The translations under genes were made by a program, and so were the position numbers. The notes beneath the pieces are model-generated. The model saw only the letters and a list, made by a program, of their open reading frames with translations. It was not told where the DNA came from and searched no databases. DNA of 63,954 bases, the filler included, from Acetivibrio sp. (GTDB lineage Bacteria; Bacillota; Clostridia; Acetivibrionales; Acetivibrionaceae): the NCBI RefSeq assembly GCF_035371925.1. It is 9 parts of 9 records of this genome, joined end to end, with 100 filler letters (N's around TTAATTAATTAA, not from the genome) between each part and the next. Parts side by side here need not be neighbours in the genome. Positions count along the whole stretch, not along the records: positions 54,930 to 62,077 come from NZ_DAORXT010000123.1; positions 62,178 to 63,954 come from NZ_DAORXT010000180.1; 7 more parts are not named here. One strand, written 5' to 3'. Below, one piece after another: positions 58,561 through 63,954 of this stretch (the first letter of the stretch is position 1; each line of letters begins with the position of its first letter).

Positions 58561-59438
58561 AAATGTCGTTTTTGCTGGTGTTGTCAATACTTGTCAGCAT
58601 ACTTGCGATAACATCAGCCAATGCAGACTCCGACCTGGTCGGATATGGTGATTTGAATGGGGACGGAAAGATTAACTCAACTGACTTGAATTTAATGAGA
58701 AGATATCTCATTAAATCTGTTGACCTTAATGAAAACCAGCTTGAAGCTGCGGACGTTAATCTTGACGGTAAAGTAACTTCAACTGATAGAAGTGTACTGA
58801 ACAGATATCTGTTAAAGATGATTGACTGTTTGCCTTTCACTGGAGTTGAAACTACGCCGGAATCAACGCCTCTTGTTACCTATCCATGGACAACGCCAAC
58901 GCCTGACTATACAGAGCCAATGACATCGCCAACGCCTACCGTTACACAGCCAAAGACATCGCCAACGCCTGTCGTTACGCAGCCAACTTCAACACCAACG
59001 CCTATCGATGTACAAACTCCAGTACCTATAGCACACGAGGCTGAAGCCGAAAGCAACAACCTGAAAGATGCAAGAGTAGAATCCGACTATGTTGTATTTG
59101 ATGAAATTAAAGATGCCTATCTCGAAATGACACAAGTCGCATCTCCCGTAAGCGATGAAGTAATAATCATTTTTATTTATTCAAACGGTTCGGATAAAAG
59201 TTTACCGATGGAAATAGAAGTAAATGGCGAGATTATTGAGAGCAATATAGAGTTCCCAAGCACAGGTTCATGGGATACATGGTCTAGCATAAGCGTGAAA
59301 GCCAATATGAACATCGATCCGGATAATATTATAAAAATTAAAACATGTTCAGATGACGGAGGTCCGCGAATTGATAAAGTACTTATAAGCAGCTTCAAAC
59401 CCATACCTACTCCGACACCGACTTCAACAACGGACTGA
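58539..59438 (+). CDS. Non-catalytic signal peptide-type I dockerin-P/T linker-CBM35 protein
   Basis: AAGGAGG RBS; MQKKLLAKMSFLL signal peptide fused directly to GDLNGDGKINSTD dockerin; CBM35-like domain paralogous to the upstream gene; stop after a short P/T tail. Confidence 0.88.
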   Translation: MQKKLLAKMSFLLVLSILVSILAITSANADSDLVGYGDLNGDGKINSTDLNLMRRYLIKSVDLNENQLEAADVNLDGKVTSTDRSVLNRYLLKMIDCLPFTGVETTPESTPLVTYPWTTPTPDYTEPMTSPTPTVTQPKTSPTPVVTQPTSTPTPIDVQTPVPIAHEAEAESNNLKDARVESDYVVFDEIKDAYLEMTQVASPVSDEVIIIFIYSNGSDKSLPMEIEVNGEIIESNIEFPSTGSWDTWSSISVKANMNIDPDNIIKIKTCSDDGGPRIDKVLISSFKPIPTPTPTSTTD

Positions 59439-59738
59439 AATCGCACTGATATCGACATCAAGTCCTGTGCAATGAAATATAGTTCTTCTGCCTAGCAATC
59501 GGATGTATTAATATTCAAAAACTATAAAAGAGATGTCTTAAGCTATTAAGGCATCTCTTTTTCCAGTAGAAAATTTTTGCAGTGGATATTTCCGACAATT
59601 TATGACCCAATCATAAATTATTAGACATAATTTTAGCATAATTTTTTTAAAAAAAGGGTTGACTTTGACTTGGGGAGCATGTTATTATATTAAAGCGGTT
59701 GGACAAAGCAAATAAGCAATAAAATATTTTAATTATAT

Positions 59739-59814
59739 GCTGGTGTAGCTCAGCAGGTAGAGCAGCTGACTTGTAATCAGCAGGTCGGGGGTTCGATTCC
59801 GTCCACCAGCTCCA
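59739..59814 (+). tRNA. tRNA-Thr(TGT)
   Basis: GCTGGTGTAGCTCAGCAGGTAGAGCA GCTGA-CT-TGT-AA-TCAGC ..GGTTCGATTCC..CACCAGCTCCA. Confidence 0.97.
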
Positions 59815-59963
59815 GTTATAGAGGCCCTTACAGTTGGTTAAACTGTGAGGGTTTTTTCGTTATTGAAATGAAAGAGGCAAAAGCATTATAGCTCGACGCC
59901 TCAAAGGATATGCGGATAATTTTTTTATTGGGAGTATAATAAGTACTAATCGGAGTATAAGTA

Positions 59964-60425
59964 CTAATCTAAGATTATGGGATGATTTACACTTTGACCG
60001 GGCAGAACTTTTATATATTGGGACTGGTATTTCAGCTTGTCGCCAAGCTGTGCGCTTATGACATAAAAGCCCGGCGGCAATTCATCGAATACATAGTTTC
60101 CTTGTAAATCGGAAGCTGTTCTGCACACGGGAGAACCGCATTCGCGTCCGAAATACAGAAAAACAAGAGCATTTTTTGCGACTTGACTATTTTTTTTCAA
60201 GCATGTAGTACCGGTAATTTTTCCTAATGTATAGTTTTTATCCGGGCTAATATGAACATGAACGTTCTGCGTGTTTAACTGAACAGGGTTAACGTCCACT
60301 TTTTGCTCCTGGTCAAGGTCTTGGGAATTGTATTGGATGCTGTCTTTTTCCAGAGCTTTCACCAATCTTGCCGCACTATTGTCTATGCTTTCCTTTTGTG
60401 CCGTCAGTTTATCTCTAATATCCAT
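59964..60425 (-). CDS. Small protein with a carboxypeptidase-regulatory/Cna-B-like beta-sandwich
   Basis: GKITG..VAKNALVFL..TASDLQGNYVFDELPPGFYVI; no signal peptide. Confidence 0.65.
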   Translation of the reverse strand: MDIRDKLTAQKESIDNSAARLVKALEKDSIQYNSQDLDQEQKVDVNPVQLNTQNVHVHISPDKNYTLGKITGTTCLKKNSQVAKNALVFLYFGRECGSPVCRTASDLQGNYVFDELPPGFYVISAQLGDKLKYQSQYIKVLPGQSVNHPIILD

Positions 60426-60530
60426 ATTTACACCCCCTTCAATTGAAGAATATATATGATTGGAGAATTATGCAAAGTGGGGGGGATGCCCCCACCCGAC
60501 AAATTGCGAAATTGGCGCTGCTTTTTGCTG

Positions 60531-60728
60531 CTAGTCTTCGTTTTTAGCCTCGCTTTCAGCTTCCTGACCCTGAATTTGTCTTTGCGTCAAAACATTATAG
60601 TTGATTTGCCTGTTGATCTGCTTGTGGAATTCTCTTTCCCCCACGTCGACATCCAGCTCAGCTTCCAATTCGGCTTTCAGTTCGGCTTTAAGCTGGTTTT
60701 TCAATTCAGTGTAATTGATATCAGGCAT
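60531..60728 (-). CDS. Small hypothetical coiled-coil protein
   Basis: ATG 60728 behind AAAGGGGG; ELKNQLKAELKAELEAEL repeat. Confidence 0.5.
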   Translation of the reverse strand: MPDINYTELKNQLKAELKAELEAELDVDVGEREFHKQINRQINYNVLTQRQIQGQEAESEAKNED

Positions 60729-60844
60729 AATCCAAACCCCCTTTACAGTCATGGATTGATTTTGGTTTACAATATATAATATGTTATGTTCTATAAAAGG
60801 TGATGGTTTACGACTGTTTCGCTTTTTTATAAAGTAGACATAAT

Positions 60845-61729
60845 TTACACTGTTTCCGAGGTGGAATCGGTATGCTTTGCTGAAAGCCGCAGTATCATTA
60901 CAAAGGACAGTGCAGCAAACACCATGCTCGATATAAACACAAAGTACTCATTGGACAGAAAATGCCCTTCGGGGATGTAAACTGGAACTTTGCTCAAAAG
61001 GGTACTTATACTGTTGAAGGAGACGTGAACCAATATCGCTGTCCATATTGACCTTGTTTTTTCGGCCACTGTGCCGAGAACAATTCCCAATAGAGCAGCA
61101 TATACTCCCTGTACGGGATTTAAATGATAGATTCCGAAAATTATAGCCTGAAGGATTATTGCTGTAAATGACGGGACAACTTTCTTCAATTCATTTAGCA
61201 CAAGACCCCGGAAAATAATTTCTTCAATTATTGGGGCCATGATCCCTATGGTTATAAAAACAATAATAGAATTACCTTCCATTACTTTTTCCAGCATTTC
61301 TTGATGTTCTCTTGTTATATTTTCAAGCGGCGCCAGACGTTCAAGGAAAGCAAGTGCATTGGAAATAAACAGGTTTAGAGATATTCCCAATATTAAACTA
61401 AATCCTAAATTCGAAATCCTGATGCTTTTAAATTTAAATACCTCGAAAAAATTCTGTTTTCGAATTTTGGGGATAATAAAGTATATGGGAAGTGTCAATA
61501 AAATTGAAATAAGTATGGCAGTTGTTGTATTTACAAGTATCATATCATATGCCGCGGCCCAATTTATTGATTGATTGCTGATTGCCATATAGGCTATGAT
61601 TGCAACGGAATAGACTATGGTAACGGCTATTTGTGCCGCAAAATATATGGATAGATACAATATTATAAAAATCAAAGGTTTAAACAAGGTTTTTACATAT
61701 TTTAACAAAACGGAAAGTAAATTTTTCAT
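60845..61729 (-). CDS. CPBP family intramembrane metalloprotease
   Basis: APIIEEIIFRG, FGIYHLN, HVSFN; multiple TM segments. Confidence 0.92.
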   Translation of the reverse strand: MKNLLSVLLKYVKTLFKPLIFIILYLSIYFAAQIAVTIVYSVAIIAYMAISNQSINWAAAYDMILVNTTTAILISILLTLPIYFIIPKIRKQNFFEVFKFKSIRISNLGFSLILGISLNLFISNALAFLERLAPLENITREHQEMLEKVMEGNSIIVFITIGIMAPIIEEIIFRGLVLNELKKVVPSFTAIILQAIIFGIYHLNPVQGVYAALLGIVLGTVAEKTRSIWTAILVHVSFNSISTLLSKVPVYIPEGHFLSNEYFVFISSMVFAALSFVMILRLSAKHTDSTSETV

Positions 61730-62077
61730 TACACACATCCCTTAATCTTGGCAATTTTTTATTATTATTTTTATTATTATAGTAAAAAATAAATAATTAT
61801 TCTATATAAATAATAAATAGCATTAAAAAATTGTTATTAGAAAACAATAAAATTAAATGATTTTCGGGAAATTTAAGGTCTAAGTTTAATAATGCAGAAA
61901 TTTGGTTATTATTTCATATATTTGTTAGCTCAGCTGCCCGTTGATGCCCAAAAATAGGACTGTGGGAAAGGTAAAAAGGAAACAGGAAAAAGAGGATTTT
62001 TTTTATCCTCAACGAATTATATAATATAGAGCATTCCTGTAATGAAACAAAATGATCTTTGAAAAAGAAGATGCCAG

Positions 62078-62177
62078 NNNNNNNNNNNNNNNNNNNNNNN
62101 NNNNNNNNNNNNNNNNNNNNNTTAATTAATTAANNNNNNNNNNNNNNNNNNNNNNNNNNNNNNNNNNNNNNNNNNNN
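62078..62177. other. Artificial contig linker
   Basis: N run + TTAATTAATTAA + N run. Confidence 0.98.
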
Positions 62178-62178
62178 T

Positions 62179-63645
62179 GTTTCTACGGACAGCGAGGAGC
62201 AGGCAACCAGTTATGAAGCGCAAATTGAGCATTATACAAATTACATTAAAAGCAATCCAGAATGGGAATTGGCAGGGATTTTTGCGGATGATGGTATCAC
62301 AGGTACAAATACCAAAAAGCGTGAAGAGTTCAACCGCATGATTGAGGAATGTATGGCAGGAAAAATAGACATGATCATTACAAAATCCATCAGCCGATTT
62401 GCCAGAAACACGTTAGACTGCCTTAAATACATCCGTCAGTTAAAAGATAAAAACATCGCTGTATTCTTTGAAAAAGAAAATATCAACACCATGGATTCCA
62501 AGGGTGAAATTATGCTGACTATTATGGCTTCCCTTGCCCAACAGGAAAGCCAATCCTTAAGTCAGAACGTTAAGCTGGGCATTCAGTATCGATATCAACA
62601 AGGTGAAGTCCAGGTCAACCATAAGCGTTTCCTTGGATACACCAAGGATGAAAACAAGCAACTAGTCATCGACCCCGAGGGTGCAGAGGTTGTTAAACGG
62701 ATTTATAGAGAGTACCTTGAAGGAGCTAGTCTTTTACAAATATCAAGAGGACTAGAAGCAGACGGTATTCTTACAGCGGCAGGCAAAGCCAAATGGAGAC
62801 CAGAAACACTAAAAAAGATATTGCAGAATGAAAAGTACATCGGTGATGCCCTTCTACAAAAGACATATACGGTTGATTTCCTTTCTAAAAAGCGGGTCAA
62901 GAATAACGGCATCGTTCCCCAGTATTATGTAGAAAACAGCCATGAGCCGATTATTCCAAGGGAGCTTTTTATGCAAGTTCAAGAAGAGATGGTTCGAAGA
63001 GCAAATCTTCGTGGCCGCAAAGGCGGTAAAAAGCGAGTCTATAGCAGCAAGTATGCTTTATCGAGTATTGTTTACTGCGGACACTGCGGCGATATTTACC
63101 GACGGGTACATTGGAATAACAGAGGCTACAAGTCTATTGTTTGGAGATGTGTTAGCCGATTGGAGGAAAAAGGGTCTGAATGCACTGCTCCTACCATAAA
63201 CGAGGAAACATTGCAGACAGCAGTGGTCAAGGCTATTAACGAGCTTTTGGCTAACAAAGAACCCTTCCTCTCAACCTTGCAGAAAAACATAGCTACTGTA
63301 TTTAATGAAGAAAATGATAATGCCACCGATGATATTGATGGCAAATTGGAAGAATTACAACAACAGCTTCTTATACAAGCAAAGTCCAAGAATGACTATG
63401 AAGATGTGGCTGATGAAATTTACCGCCTTCGAGAATTGAAGCAAAATGCACTTGCAGAGAATGCAGAGCGTGAAGGAAAAAGGCAACGAATCGCTGAAAT
63501 GACTGATTTCTTAAATGAACAATCCTGCGAGTTGGAGGAATATGATGAGCAATTAGTAAGGCGGCTTATTGAAAAAGTTACGGTATTTGATGATAAGCTC
63601 ACTGTTGAATTTAAATCAGGTGTTGAAATAGATATTGAGATATAG
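62179..63645 (+). mobile_element. Large serine recombinase (integrase) of an ICE/prophage-type element, 5' truncated
   Basis: Frame open from the contig edge: VSTDSEEQ..(catalytic Ser), [17 protein letters not shown], recombinase domain NEKYIGD, zinc ribbon CGHCG..WRC, coiled coil. Confidence 0.93.
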
Positions 63646-63712
63646 GATATCAGAAATGGCGACCAATTGAGAGGTGTTACTTCCTTGATTGGTGGCTTTT
63701 CTTATTTACGGA

Positions 63713-63770
63713 TTGACTTTGACTGTGAATATACGTATAATAATATCAACAATGTTGTTGATATTATTAT
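63713..63770 (+). promoter_or_regulatory. Sigma-A promoter overlapped by a 34-bp palindrome (candidate operator)
   Basis: TTGACT-17bp-TATAAT (63713-63741); ATAATAATATCAAC-aatgtt-GTTGATATTATTAT (63737-63770). Confidence 0.75.
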
Positions 63771-63788
63771 TAATAAGGAGTGGACAAC

Positions 63789-63954
63789 ATGATTGATGTA
63801 AATGAGCTATTGGAAGAAGCTATTAGAGAAACTGAAAATCTAAATGATGGCGAAGTTTTTCTTGTTAAAGATTTATTCAAGGGATATGTGTGGAATAGGA
63901 TACCCAGAAAGGATCGACTTCTGCTTGGAACGTTATTTTTAAACCATGTTAGCA
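63789..63954 (+). CDS. DUF1413-family small DNA-binding protein, partial
   Basis: TAAGGAG RBS; MIDVNELLEEAIRETENLNDGEVFLVKDLFKGYVWNRIPRKDRLLLGTLFLNHVS (F.VKDLFKGY.WNRI..R.LG.LF pattern). Confidence 0.75.
   Translation, partial: MIDVNELLEEAIRETENLNDGEVFLVKDLFKGYVWNRIPRKDRLLLGTLFLNHVS

Noticed and set aside
62052..62066. TGATCTTTGAAAA boxA-like motif at a contig end
   Set aside because: There is no convincing rrn-type promoter upstream and too little sequence to decide.

Overview
The window is not one continuous locus. It is nine draft contigs joined by 100-nt N-spacers that contain TTAATTAATTAA, arranged in descending length, so neighbourhoods across spacers are meaningless. Gene content (type I dockerins with ST/ST motifs, CBM3, GH9, PL9, SASP, T-box, 37-nt type I-B repeat) points to a cellulosome-producing Acetivibrio/Hungateiclostridium close to A. 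thermocellus (inference). Contig 1: type I-B CRISPR-Cas (cas8b-cas7-cas5-cas3-cas6) with a 23-repeat array. Contig 2: CBM3-vWA protein, DUF5050 protein, tRNA-Arg, dnaD/dnaC-like pair, CPBP protease. Contig 3: SLT, coaE, polA, PilZ, ECF sigma/anti-sigma, response regulator, 3' end of rnpB. Contig 4: CBM30-Ig-GH9, MATE, a broken DUF5050/S41 gene. Contig 5: dapL, LCP, dehydratase-like/activase pair, queCDE, two UDGs, probable rrn promoters. Contig 6: CotH-dockerin/VTC/DUF4956, IS3 fragment. Contig 7: tRNA-Leu, pgi, SASP, T-box-pheST. Contig 8: tRNAs and a pectate lyase locus. Contig 9: large serine recombinase and DUF1413. The best candidate for an undescribed system is the ATP-driven Fe-S radical/reductase pair plus queCDE (no queF on the contig) plus tandem UDGs, one lacking all cysteines. 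Other highlights are a cas6'/'cas3 recombination scar producing a hybrid Cas cassette, a GH9 with a type II-like dockerin, a dockerin-bearing CotH kinase with a polyphosphate-polymerase module, and an in-frame deletion of the PL1 core beside a non-catalytic dockerin-CBM35 duplicate. All family assignments come from motif recognition by eye; no searches were run.
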